A stretch of DNA of 64,000 bases from Thermodesulfobacteriota bacterium (GTDB lineage: Bacteria; Desulfobacterota_D; UBA1144; Nemesobacterales; JAJCZQ01), in contig CBDBDR010000017.1 in assembly GCA_965203965.1 (NCBI GenBank), forward strand, positions 928,911 through 992,910. The letters run 5' to 3'. Made by a program: the position numbers and the translations under genes. The notes under the pieces were generated by a model. That model was not told the DNA's origin. It worked only from the letters and a program-made list of their open reading frames with translations, and did not search any database. The first letter of the stretch is position 1, and each line of letters opens with the position of its first letter. Below are positions 51,694 to 61,379 of the stretch, one piece after another.

Positions 51694-52874
51694 GCCACCA
51701 CCTTTAATTTTTGTTTAATGTAGGTTGCCTTCTCAATCGCACTTTGAATACTTTCATCCAGTATAGTTATGTGTCCCATTTTTCTGAACGGTTTTGTTAT
51801 CTTTTTCCCGTAAAGATGAATACTGACTCCCTCAACTTTGAAACAGTCTTCCAGCCCCTTATATATCGCCGATCCTTCACATCCCTGAGATCCAAGTATA
51901 TTCAACATTACTGAAGGAGTTTTTAATTCAGTGCTGCCAAGGGGCAGATCTAAAAGAGAACGTAGATGTTGCTCATACTGTGAAGTGACACAAGATTCAA
52001 TGGTATGGTGACCGCTGTTGTGTGGTCTGGGTGCAACTTCATTGATCAAAATCTCGTTATCACGAGTTAAAAACATCTCAACTGCAAGTATTCCATACAA
52101 ATCAAATGATTGAACAGTTTTTTTTGCCAGATTCTCAGCTTTCTTAGAAAGGTCATTGTCTATATCTGCAGGACTTATGAGATAATCAACCAAATTTGCA
52201 TCATGATTAAAAACCATTTCAACGGGTCTGAAACATTTTATCTCACCAAGTTTATTACGAGAAACAATTACGGACAATTCTTTTTCAATACAAACTAAAT
52301 CCTCAATAATACACCTGTGTCCCAGCATATCATTCAACTTGTTTTCAGAATCAACAACGTAAACCCCTCTACCATCATAACCATCCCGGCACAGCTTTTG
52401 AACAAACGGCAACTTTATCTCGCCATTGTGAATTTTTTCCAACACCTGCTCCTTGCTATCACAGATCACGAAATCAGAAGTGGGAAGATTATTCTCACAA
52501 TAAAAGGTTTTTTGGAGACCTTTATCCTTTATTATAGAGAGAATTTCGGGTGAAGGTCTTACTTCAATCCCCTGTTCTTTCAGAAAATTGAGAGCATCAA
52601 CATTAACATGCTCAATCTCAATTGTAGCAACATCCACCTTTTCACACATATCAGCCACATGACTGTATTCCTGAAAACTACCCTTTATAAATTCCGTGCA
52701 AGTATTAGAAGCAGGACAGTCTCGGGAAGGATCAAGAACTATAGTATTCAAATTCCAGTTACTTGCGGCAAGACATAGCATCTTGCCAAGTTGTCCCCCG
52801 CCAAGTATTCCTAAAGTCAAATCTGATAAACTCTTCCCATTTATCATAACGTGATCCACCAAATCAAAATTCAA
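51690..52874 (-). CDS. purK: N5-carboxyaminoimidazole ribonucleotide synthase
   Basis: ATP-grasp protein (ILGGGQLGKML) whose end overlaps the purE start by 4 nt. Confidence 0.9.
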   Translation of the reverse strand: MNFDLVDHVMINGKSLSDLTLGILGGGQLGKMLCLAASNWNLNTIVLDPSRDCPASNTCTEFIKGSFQEYSHVADMCEKVDVATIEIEHVNVDALNFLKEQGIEVRPSPEILSIIKDKGLQKTFYCENNLPTSDFVICDSKEQVLEKIHNGEIKLPFVQKLCRDGYDGRGVYVVDSENKLNDMLGHRCIIEDLVCIEKELSVIVSRNKLGEIKCFRPVEMVFNHDANLVDYLISPADIDNDLSKKAENLAKKTVQSFDLYGILAVEMFLTRDNEILINEVAPRPHNSGHHTIESCVTSQYEQHLRSLLDLPLGSTELKTPSVMLNILGSQGCEGSAIYKGLEDCFKVEGVSIHLYGKKITKPFRKMGHITILDESIQSAIEKATYIKQKLKVVA

Positions 52875-53520
52875 CCAGATCGTTAATTTCCAGAGGCTTT
52901 TCTATTAAATATTTGGCACCATTACTTATCAATTCATCCTTTCCTCTAAAACCCCATAGAACACCCACGGGCAACATCCCGGCGAAAACCGCTGTTTTCA
53001 TATCTATTCCTGAATCACCTAAATAAACGATCTTCTGATTGGAAACCATTAATTTTTCTGAGACAAGAAATGCCCCAGTCGGGTCAGGCTTTTTAGGAAG
53101 ACCTTCTTTCTGTCCTACAACTATATCAAATTCCCAGTGGGACAAGATGGAATCCAAAAATTTAATGGCTATTTCGTATGGTTTATTTGTAAGAATTGAC
53201 AGTTTCACAGATTTATCGGAGAGCGTATCCAAAAGATCAGCAACACCGTCATACAAAGCAGTATCAACGTCAAAATTCTCGTAATAATCTTCAAGAAACT
53301 CTGCAAGGCATCGCCGAATGGTTTGGTCATCTCTGTTGTTTTCAGGTAGGGCGCGCATCAACATTATTTCAGCTCCATCCCCTATAAATAACCTGTATTT
53401 AGGTATGTCGTGCGTTGGAAAACCATTTGAGTTAAGCACCCTGTTCACGGCATTTCCAATATCCGCGGCAGAATCAACTAATGTTCCATCTAAGTCAAAA
53501 ACAACTGCTTCATACTTCAT
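52864..53520 (-). CDS. HAD-superfamily hydrolase (phosphoglycolate phosphatase-like)
   Basis: HAD motif I VVFDLDGTLVDS and motif IV GDSGIDM. Confidence 0.8.
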   Translation of the reverse strand: MKYEAVVFDLDGTLVDSAADIGNAVNRVLNSNGFPTHDIPKYRLFIGDGAEIMLMRALPENNRDDQTIRRCLAEFLEDYYENFDVDTALYDGVADLLDTLSDKSVKLSILTNKPYEIAIKFLDSILSHWEFDIVVGQKEGLPKKPDPTGAFLVSEKLMVSNQKIVYLGDSGIDMKTAVFAGMLPVGVLWGFRGKDELISNGAKYLIEKPLEINDLVEF

Positions 53521-53793
53521 GGTATTGTAAAGTTCAGAAATTAAAGAGGTTTAATTATACGTGAAAATTCAATTAACAGAAATCCCCACAATAGGATGAG
53601 GAAAAAGTCTTCCTATTACAGTAAAACCATTCCTTTTTGAAAAACCGTATTACATACTGGAATAACTGTTTGTAATTATCCGGTAGTTCAACTTTTTTAT
53701 TGCCATTCAATACTATTTTCAATCTGGAAAATATGACAGGAATCGGGTTGCAAAACTTCCCTCAATCTCTTACTCTATAGTGGAAAATAATAG

Positions 53794-54498
53794 ATGAAAT
53801 TAACAATAATAAACTCTCAAAACAATACCAAAACAAATTATGATTTCATTTCCAGGGATAATTTAAAAAGAATATTGTCAGATTCCAAAATCCGTCTTGA
53901 CGCTTATTTTGAATCAAAAATCTCAGAACGGAATGAAATTTCAGTTACCTGTAAACCAAAAGACATTGTAACAACAGAAAATGAACCAGAAATTCACTAT
54001 GGATTTCACTCGACGCAATTTGGCAGATGTCTAATTGGCATCACAGACAAGGGAATATGCTACCTGAGCTTCACGTCTGACAAAAACACAGAGTTCTATC
54101 TCAACGATTTAAAAACCAGATGGAAAAAATCATCGGTAAGCAAAAACCCAAAATCCACATCAGAATTTATAGACAGAATATTTAGAAGAAACAAAAAAAA
54201 GATGGCAAAACCAATTGACCTGTATTTAACTGGAACAGATTTTCAAATCAAAGTATGGAAAGCACTACTGATGATACCAAGAGGTTCACTTGTAACTTAC
54301 AGCCAACTTGCAAATTACATAAACTACCCTAAAGCCATTCGAGCAGTTTCAAATGCCGTCGCGAAAAATCCCATCTCATTCATTGTCCCTTGCCATAGGG
54401 TCATAAAGAAAAGCGGAGACATTCACAAATACAGATGGGGAAAAGAAAAGAAAATCTCAATGATCCTCAGTGAATTTTATGAAACTGAATACCTGTGA
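53794..54498 (+). CDS. ogt: methylated-DNA--protein-cysteine methyltransferase with extended N-terminal domain
   Basis: C-terminal active site IPCHRVI with an Ogt N-domain-like region upstream. About 60 extra N-terminal residues relative to E. coli Ogt. Confidence 0.85.
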   Translation: MKLTIINSQNNTKTNYDFISRDNLKRILSDSKIRLDAYFESKISERNEISVTCKPKDIVTTENEPEIHYGFHSTQFGRCLIGITDKGICYLSFTSDKNTEFYLNDLKTRWKKSSVSKNPKSTSEFIDRIFRRNKKKMAKPIDLYLTGTDFQIKVWKALLMIPRGSLVTYSQLANYINYPKAIRAVSNAVAKNPISFIVPCHRVIKKSGDIHKYRWGKEKKISMILSEFYETEYL

Positions 54499-54520
54499 TT
54501 TTGACACAGAGAGAAAAAGG

Positions 54521-55114
54521 ATGGTGGAAGATCAGCTGGCTTCCAACGGTATAGTTCAGCAGGAGGTGTTAGATGCCTTTTTGACCGTGCCAAGACACCT
54601 TTTTGTTCCAAACGAATACAAGAACAGGTCTTATGAAAGCACACCTCTACCAATAGGAAGTTCACAGACAATATCACAACCTTTTGTAATTGCTTATATG
54701 ATCCAGGCATTAAAATTAAGAAGAGGTGACAAGGTGCTTGAAGTCGGAACAGGATCAGGCTACCAGACAGCTATTCTTTGCGAGATAGGATGCAAAGTTT
54801 ATACAGTTGAACTTATTGAAGAACTTGCAAAAAGAGCCGAACGGACTTTTTATCTCATGAGATATGGTAATATAAAGTTCAAGATAGGGAATGCACGTAA
54901 CGGCTTTGAGGAAGGTGCCCCTTATGATGGAATAGTTGTCTCCGCAGCATCAGAAGATATACCCAGCAAACTGGTTTATCAGCTCAAAGAACAGGAAGGA
55001 AATATGATCATACCAGTTGGCAAAAAGTCTCAACAACTGGTGCTAATCACAAAAAGTGAAAAAAATATAAAGGAAAAAATTCTGATTCCAGTCAAGTTTG
55101 TTCCGCTGATTTAG
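54521..55114 (+). CDS. pcm: protein-L-isoaspartate O-methyltransferase
   Basis: PCMT family: MVEDQL, VPRHLFVP, SQPFV and the AdoMet motif VLEVGTGSGYQTA. The ORF track starts at 54470, overlapping ogt. Confidence 0.85.
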   Translation: MVEDQLASNGIVQQEVLDAFLTVPRHLFVPNEYKNRSYESTPLPIGSSQTISQPFVIAYMIQALKLRRGDKVLEVGTGSGYQTAILCEIGCKVYTVELIEELAKRAERTFYLMRYGNIKFKIGNARNGFEEGAPYDGIVVSAASEDIPSKLVYQLKEQEGNMIIPVGKKSQQLVLITKSEKNIKEKILIPVKFVPLI

Positions 55115-55146
55115 TAAATATAAAAATAGAAGAAGAAATAAAAAGT

Positions 55147-55314
55147 ATGAAGGGGAAAAGCTATTTTGTTATTTTAATGATACTTATTTTGATCTCCACG
55201 ATAGGAGGAGCTTATGTTTTTCCAAAGCCAAGTTGGGGAGGTGCCATTTTCTATCTATGTATGGTCTCATCAATGATTTTCCTTGCCGGACACTGGATAT
55301 ATAACATCAGGTAA
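55147..55314 (+). CDS. possible small membrane protein (55 aa, two hydrophobic helices)
   Basis: Not in the ORF track (under 60 aa). ATG 55147 opens MKGKSYFVILMILILISTIGGAYVFPKPSWGGAIFYLCMVSSMIFLAGHWIYNIR in an otherwise empty 240 nt gap. Confidence 0.25.
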   Translation: MKGKSYFVILMILILISTIGGAYVFPKPSWGGAIFYLCMVSSMIFLAGHWIYNIR

Positions 55315-55356
55315 AAATATATGGTTGTATAGTTAAACGGACTTAAACAAAAATAT

Positions 55357-56532
55357 CTAAACACCTCTCAATTCCCGTAAAATACCAATTTGCTTGTCTG
55401 AGGCATCTTCCGAATTAATAATAAACAACCCAATTCCGTTGCATCGGGCTTCTTTTATAGCGGAAAGAATTAAAACTTTATCTTTTCTTTTAAAATTGTT
55501 TTTCAAGAAAAATTTCCCAATTTCTACATCACTCATTTTGCTGTGCAAAACACCTTGTCCCGTTTCTGAAGTCAGCCCTATCACAGCATAATACGGCATG
55601 TTTTCATTGTTATACTTCAAACTATTTATGTTGGAAAACAACGCCAACTTAACAAAAGCATCTTTAATATCATTTTTGGACGGAAGCAATTTTCTTCTGC
55701 TATGTTTTTTCTCTACTAAAAACACGCACCCATTTATGAAAAAATATTCATCCACAGTCCAATAATACAGTCCACCTAAAAGATTTTTTAGAGTAATTAC
55801 AGCTTTTTCCCCTATGGTTCTCTCTTTGGGTTGAACTGTCAAAGTCTCACGGAGTTGTGCTTCTTGAGCCAATTGCCTTGATAGTTTCCGGAATTTAGAC
55901 GCACAATCTTCAGCAATTTTAATTCGCTTTTCAATACCACCCTCACCATGCAATAAAACACCTGTTTTACTACTGATTTTTCTATAATACTCCAAAGTCA
56001 ATTTTGCAACCTTAGACAGTTGTTCCATTTGTTTTAAATTCCAATGCAATGCGCTGGAATGATAGTTCTGCAGTTCATTGAGATTCTCACCTACATGACT
56101 GTAGTCAAAAATTTGATTGCTGATTTTGTTCTTGTATACCTGCCCGGGACGTGTGTTTTTTTCCGCTTTATTGTAATAACCAATAATTACATAGACATTG
56201 AGCAAACTCATTAATGAAACAGTATCCCATTGAATAAAATCCCGGTCACCATCCGCACCTTCATCTTTACAGAACGGAATAAGTGTTATGCGGTTCTTTC
56301 TGCACAATGTGTCATAAACCCGTGCAAATGGGAATGTTCTGGTACGTTTGGGAGAAACCCATTGGCTAAAAGCGTATTCATCTTTCCCTGTATTTAGAAT
56401 AAAACTGCCTTTAGAAGAGAGTCTACCTCTGATAAGGTCATTTACAGAAAAAACTTCTAATTGATCAGAGAGTTTTGTTACATATTCAATTTCTTTTAGT
56501 TCCGCAAAAATATAGGCGGGCTTACTCATCAA
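55357..56532 (-). CDS. putative Type II restriction endonuclease (uncharacterised fold)
   Basis: 391 aa with no recognisable family. Its start overlaps the end of the upstream MTase gene by 11 nt on the same strand, the usual M-then-R operon layout. Confidence 0.45.
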   Translation of the reverse strand: MMSKPAYIFAELKEIEYVTKLSDQLEVFSVNDLIRGRLSSKGSFILNTGKDEYAFSQWVSPKRTRTFPFARVYDTLCRKNRITLIPFCKDEGADGDRDFIQWDTVSLMSLLNVYVIIGYYNKAEKNTRPGQVYKNKISNQIFDYSHVGENLNELQNYHSSALHWNLKQMEQLSKVAKLTLEYYRKISSKTGVLLHGEGGIEKRIKIAEDCASKFRKLSRQLAQEAQLRETLTVQPKERTIGEKAVITLKNLLGGLYYWTVDEYFFINGCVFLVEKKHSRRKLLPSKNDIKDAFVKLALFSNINSLKYNNENMPYYAVIGLTSETGQGVLHSKMSDVEIGKFFLKNNFKRKDKVLILSAIKEARCNGIGLFIINSEDASDKQIGILRELRGV

Positions 56533-57643
56533 ATAATCCCTTTAACTTTTCAATCTCCTTAACACCATATTCTATGTATTGCTTTTCAGTCTCTATTCCT
56601 ATGTGCTTTCTTTTAAGTTTTTCCGCGGCAAGATTTGTAACTCCACTACCAGCAAAAATATCAAGAACAATGTCGCCTTTATACGAATAATACTGGATAA
56701 CACGGCTCGCCAATTCTTCCGGAAACGGACAAGGATGAATGTTTTCCTGCGGAGCAACGGGACGAATATTCCAAATATTTTTACTTTGCTCTTGATACCC
56801 TTCCAAGTTGAGTTTGTTTTCTCTTTTTTCTTTAGCGGAACGATTGTGGTAGATATTGTTTTCCGACTTTTTCCCAGCAGGCTTTTGAAATACAAACACA
56901 TATTCCACAGCCAAACTCGGATAGTAATAGCCGGGGAAGGGATGTTGGATTAAAACACCGCTTCTCTTATCTCTGACTACTCCCTTTTCCCAAATAATAT
57001 CTTCTTTGAACTGCCAGCCAATTTCTTCCATCCAGCAAACAAAATGAAAAGGTAGTGGCACACGTTTACCTTCCCAAGCCACAGGAGAAATATTAACCAC
57101 ATTGTGACCGCCAGGTTTGATAACTCGATACATCTCCTTAAACCTGTCAATCAGAAATGTCTTGTAAAAATCATAAGATTGTTCTCTCCTCTCCCAATAT
57201 CTGACCTCTCCATTAAGTTTCTTAACGTGGTCATCGTAGTTGATAGCATTGTGATAAGGCGGTGATGTAAATGAAAGAACAACACTGTCATCCGCTAGTG
57301 TTTTCATTGATTCCAAGCAATCACCGCAAATAAACTGCCCTAATCCCGCCTTGTATATATTAAACTTTTCACGATTGACCCGAAAGCGTCCTCCTAGTTC
57401 CAAAGCAGAAATAATCTGTAGTGCTTTGTTTTTTCCAACTCCCTTGAATTTCAGCAAATCTTCCACCGTGATTTTATCGGTCAAGTTAGAACGGAGATAA
57501 TCAACTAGTTCTTTGCTCAAATGGCTTATTTTGTTTCCCTTCGTGCCGGTGCCGAGAATGATGGACAACAACTCTTCCGTATTTAGCTGAGACGGTGGAT
57601 TGGAAAGAAGTTTTTCCCGAGGTTGCTGATTTGTTGCAGACAT
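56522..57643 (-). CDS. DNA methyltransferase (beta-class, SPPY) fused to a RadC-like N-terminal helix-hairpin-helix domain
   Basis: Residues 1-90 (PREKLLSNPPSQLNTEELLSIILGTGTKGNKISHLSKEL...KGVGKNKALQIISALELGGR) match the RadC/UPF0758 N-terminal domain. Motif IV LSFTSPPYHNAINY and C-terminal motif I VLDIFAGSGVTNLAA define the MTase. Confidence 0.8.
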   Translation of the reverse strand: MSATNQQPREKLLSNPPSQLNTEELLSIILGTGTKGNKISHLSKELVDYLRSNLTDKITVEDLLKFKGVGKNKALQIISALELGGRFRVNREKFNIYKAGLGQFICGDCLESMKTLADDSVVLSFTSPPYHNAINYDDHVKKLNGEVRYWERREQSYDFYKTFLIDRFKEMYRVIKPGGHNVVNISPVAWEGKRVPLPFHFVCWMEEIGWQFKEDIIWEKGVVRDKRSGVLIQHPFPGYYYPSLAVEYVFVFQKPAGKKSENNIYHNRSAKEKRENKLNLEGYQEQSKNIWNIRPVAPQENIHPCPFPEELASRVIQYYSYKGDIVLDIFAGSGVTNLAAEKLKRKHIGIETEKQYIEYGVKEIEKLKGLFDE

Positions 57644-57752
57644 GATATTTAGTAGGACACCATTATATAATTGTCTTTACAGATAAAAGTGAGTTCAAAG
57701 TATTACCACAAACGTGTGAAAGAATACCCCATAGATAATAACTTCCTAAAAC

Positions 57753-58733
57753 TTAATTAACCCTGTCAACAACAAAATCTGCAAGTGAATTAAGTGAGTT
57801 TTTATATTTACCCCCAGATATATGGTTAATTGAACTTTTGGCATTGTTGACGTATTGTCTTGCCATGTTTCTGGTTGTTTCAACACCATCGTATTTTTTC
57901 ACCAAATCGCGCAGCTCGTTAATTTCAGGTTCAGAGAGTTCGTTTTTTTTAAGCATCTTCTGTGTTCTACTTTTTTCAGAGTTTGTAGCTTTTTTTATTG
58001 AATAATAAAGTGGAAGAGTCATCTTACACTCAACAATATCCCGTCCAACTTTCTTGCCAAAAACTTCTTCTGAAGAGCAGTAGTCAAGTGCATCATCAAT
58101 AAGTTGAAAGGCAATACCTATATTAAAACCATAATTTGATAGTGAACCAATGGAGCCATTTTCAGACCCTGCTAATATCCCTCCTATTTTGCCACAACTT
58201 TCGATCAACGCAGCAGTTTTCAACTCTATTATTGAAAAGCAATTCTCCTCAGAAACGTCAATCATTTTGCTTTCACTCATTACTTCAAGCACCTGTCCTT
58301 CAGCAAGCTTAGCAGACGCATCAGTTACGGCTTTGATTAGCTCCAAATTGCCGCAAGACTGTATCAATCCAAGTGCCTTTGACAACATAAAATCACCCAC
58401 GAGCACAGTTGGCTTATTTTTCCATACTATATTTGATGAAGCTTTTCCCCTACGCATCTCCGCTTCATCAACAACATCATCGTGAAGTAATGTTGCGGTA
58501 TGAATAAGCTCAATAGCAGCAGCAGATTTAATTCGCTCCCTACCATCTAAAAGTCCACATGCACCGCCTGACAGCAATAGAATTGATGGCCTCAATCTTT
58601 TTCCACCACTCCCAAGCAGGTAACTGGAAATTTCATAGACCAGAGGAACCGGGGATTTTATACTTTCTTCTATTTCACGTTCAACTTTATCCAGATCGGG
58701 AGCTATCAATTCAAAAATTTCACTATATTTCAT
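57753..58733 (-). CDS. polyprenyl diphosphate synthase (IspB/long-chain type)
   Basis: Trans-IPPS fold with the first DDxxD (LLHDDVVDE) and a second aspartate-rich motif. 326 aa. Confidence 0.85.
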   Translation of the reverse strand: MKYSEIFELIAPDLDKVEREIEESIKSPVPLVYEISSYLLGSGGKRLRPSILLLSGGACGLLDGRERIKSAAAIELIHTATLLHDDVVDEAEMRRGKASSNIVWKNKPTVLVGDFMLSKALGLIQSCGNLELIKAVTDASAKLAEGQVLEVMSESKMIDVSEENCFSIIELKTAALIESCGKIGGILAGSENGSIGSLSNYGFNIGIAFQLIDDALDYCSSEEVFGKKVGRDIVECKMTLPLYYSIKKATNSEKSRTQKMLKKNELSEPEINELRDLVKKYDGVETTRNMARQYVNNAKSSINHISGGKYKNSLNSLADFVVDRVN

Positions 58734-58857
58734 ATAAACTTTCTATGCTACTCTGAACATTTATAATAGTCAAAGTGAGTTGTCCATCCAGTTGCGTTTT
58801 ACACCTACCAGTTTACTTTTAAAGTGATATTATCTATTAGAGTAGTACGGAGTATCT

Positions 58858-59430
58858 ATGGAATGGGTTGATATTTTAATTTTGATCGTTTTACTTTTCC
58901 TCTTTCTAGCAGGTTTCAGCCGCGGATTTATAAAACAGTTGTTTTCCCTCACCGCTTTGATTGCCGGGATAACGAGCGGAATATTATTCTATGAACCAGC
59001 AGGCAGAATGTTGATAGAAAACAACCTTGTGGAAAATTTGTCAAGTGCATTGGTGGTTGGATTTATTTTAGTTGCTATCGTTACTTTTATTATCGTTCAA
59101 TTACTCGGATGGCTCACAACCTATTTCCTTATAGGAAAACTCAAATTGGGATGGCTAAACAAATTGGCAGGTGGAATGGTAGGAATTTTAATTGGAATTA
59201 TCATCATGTTCTCTGCACTTTCCTGGCTTAATATCCCTGTTGGATCAACTCCCAAAGAATCAATTTTTCTTCCCCACATCAGGAAAACATACAATACGGT
59301 GATGGATTTAATTCCGGTCAGTATGAAAAAAGGTTCTGAAAAGAAAAAGAAACAACTCATAGAAAAAGGTGAAGAGATAATAACGCATATTAAAGAAGCA
59401 GATAAATTGAAATCTGATAAAGAGAACTGA
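58858..59430 (+). CDS. cvpA: CvpA family membrane protein
   Basis: N-terminal MEWVDILILIVLLFLFLAGFSRGFIKQL and a four-TM profile. Confidence 0.75.
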   Translation: MEWVDILILIVLLFLFLAGFSRGFIKQLFSLTALIAGITSGILFYEPAGRMLIENNLVENLSSALVVGFILVAIVTFIIVQLLGWLTTYFLIGKLKLGWLNKLAGGMVGILIGIIIMFSALSWLNIPVGSTPKESIFLPHIRKTYNTVMDLIPVSMKKGSEKKKKQLIEKGEEIITHIKEADKLKSDKEN

Positions 59431-59443
59431 GCATCCAAAAATT

Positions 59444-60448
59444 ATGAATGGCATAGTAACTCTGGATGAATTTATAATAAACAGACAGAAGGATTTTAAT
59501 TACTCCACAGGTGAATTTTCCAGACTGTTGAGAGACATTGGCTTCGCAGCAAAGCTGGTTCACAGAGATATAAGTAAAGCGGGACTTGTCAAAGAAATAC
59601 TCGGAAAGACCGGCTCAATCAACATTCAAGGTGAAGAGGTTCAAAAACTAGACGAATACGCCAATGTTCAATTCATAGATGCTTTGAAGTTTGGCGGAGA
59701 ATGTGCGGGGATCTGCACCGAAGAAATGGAAACCTTCATTTCTTTTGATGATGAAAATTCCAAAAGCTCTAAATACGTGATCGTTATGGATCCACTTGAT
59801 GGATCTTCAAATATTGACGTGAATGTGTCCGTTGGCACTATTTTTTCTATATATAAGAGACAATCCCAGACCAATGACCTATGCCGTATGGAAGATTTTT
59901 TGCAGGCTGGAACAAAACAGGTAGCAGCTGGTTATATCATCTATGGCTCATCAACTATGCTTGTGTATACAGCTGGACATGGCGTGAATGGTTTTACTTT
60001 GGATCCTTCAATAGGAGAGTTTTGCCTTTCACATCCCGATATAAGAATCCCTGAAGACGGCAAACTGTATTCATTTAATCACGGCAACTTCTCAAACTTT
60101 TTTAAGAACATAAAAGATTATATAGACTGCTCATTTGACGTTTCTAAAAACAGTCCATCAATTTCATACAGGTATGTTGGCTCAATGGTGGCAGACATTC
60201 ACAGAAATCTGCTCAAAGGAGGTATTTTTATGTATCCCCCAACTTCAGACTCGCCGCAAGGCAAATTGAGATTGGTTTATGAATGTAATCCCATGGCTTT
60301 TATCGTTGAGCATGCAGGAGGAAGCGCCACTAACGGTTCGAACAGGATACTTGATATGAAGCCATCCAATTTACATCAAAGGGTGCCTATTTATATTGGC
60401 TCCCGTAACATGGTGAAAAAAGTGAAAGAATTTTTAATCCGTAGCTGA
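59444..60448 (+). CDS. fbp: fructose-1,6-bisphosphatase class I
   Basis: FBPase class I metal site DPLDGSSN and GxxxYGSST. Confidence 0.9.
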   Translation: MNGIVTLDEFIINRQKDFNYSTGEFSRLLRDIGFAAKLVHRDISKAGLVKEILGKTGSINIQGEEVQKLDEYANVQFIDALKFGGECAGICTEEMETFISFDDENSKSSKYVIVMDPLDGSSNIDVNVSVGTIFSIYKRQSQTNDLCRMEDFLQAGTKQVAAGYIIYGSSTMLVYTAGHGVNGFTLDPSIGEFCLSHPDIRIPEDGKLYSFNHGNFSNFFKNIKDYIDCSFDVSKNSPSISYRYVGSMVADIHRNLLKGGIFMYPPTSDSPQGKLRLVYECNPMAFIVEHAGGSATNGSNRILDMKPSNLHQRVPIYIGSRNMVKKVKEFLIRS

Positions 60449-60458
60449 TTCAAATTTC

Positions 60459-61343
60459 ATGTCAGACAATACACTGTTAAAAACGGATTTTAACACCTCA
60501 TTGCCCATAAGAGGAAAAGTAAGGGATATTTTCCCTCTGGGCAACAACAGACTTTTAATTGTTACGACAGACAGAATATCGGCTTATGACCACATTCTCC
60601 CAAACGCCATTCCGGGGAAAGGAATGGTATTAAATAAAATGTCAGAGTTCTGGTTTAACCAAACAAAAAACCTTGTCAAAAACCATCTTATATCAACCAA
60701 CATCCAAGACTATCCGGAGGAGTTCAAGCAGTATACGCAAATACTGGAAGGTAGAAGTATGATAGTAGCTAAAACCAAACCACTTCCCTTAGAATGTATT
60801 GTCAGGGGATACATATCAGGGTCGGGATGGACTGAATATAAAAGCACTGGTAAGATATGCGGTATTCAATTGTCTTGTGGGCTGGAGGAGTCTTCAAAGC
60901 TTGAAACACCAATATTTACCCCCTCCACAAAAGCCGAGCACGGAGAACATGACGCAAATATATCTTACGAAAAAATAGCCAACATGATCGGTGAAGACAT
61001 TGCAAAACAGGTCCGTAAAATCAGTTTGGAAATCTATAACAGAGCAAGCAGACTTGCATACAGCAAGGGAATAATTATTGCAGATACAAAATTTGAATTC
61101 GGTATTGATAACGACAGCGAATTGATACTTATAGATGAAGTTCTTACCCCAGATTCTTCAAGGTTCTGGTCAAAAGAAGAATACACACCCGGAAGACCAC
61201 AAAAAAGTTTTGATAAGCAGTTCGTAAGGGATTATCTAAACTCAATTGGTTGGAATAGAACCCCCCCGGTGCCAGAATTGCCAGAGGAAGTAATTAACAA
61301 AACAAAAAAGAAATATGAATCAATGTTAAGTTTATTCAGTTAA
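60459..61343 (+). CDS. purC: phosphoribosylaminoimidazole-succinocarboxamide synthase
   Basis: Long-form SAICAR synthetase ([28 protein letters not shown]). Confidence 0.9.
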   Translation: MSDNTLLKTDFNTSLPIRGKVRDIFPLGNNRLLIVTTDRISAYDHILPNAIPGKGMVLNKMSEFWFNQTKNLVKNHLISTNIQDYPEEFKQYTQILEGRSMIVAKTKPLPLECIVRGYISGSGWTEYKSTGKICGIQLSCGLEESSKLETPIFTPSTKAEHGEHDANISYEKIANMIGEDIAKQVRKISLEIYNRASRLAYSKGIIIADTKFEFGIDNDSELILIDEVLTPDSSRFWSKEEYTPGRPQKSFDKQFVRDYLNSIGWNRTPPVPELPEEVINKTKKKYESMLSLFS

Positions 61344-61379
61344 TCAGTGAAAGTTACAACCCCCATCTGAAAGGAGAAA

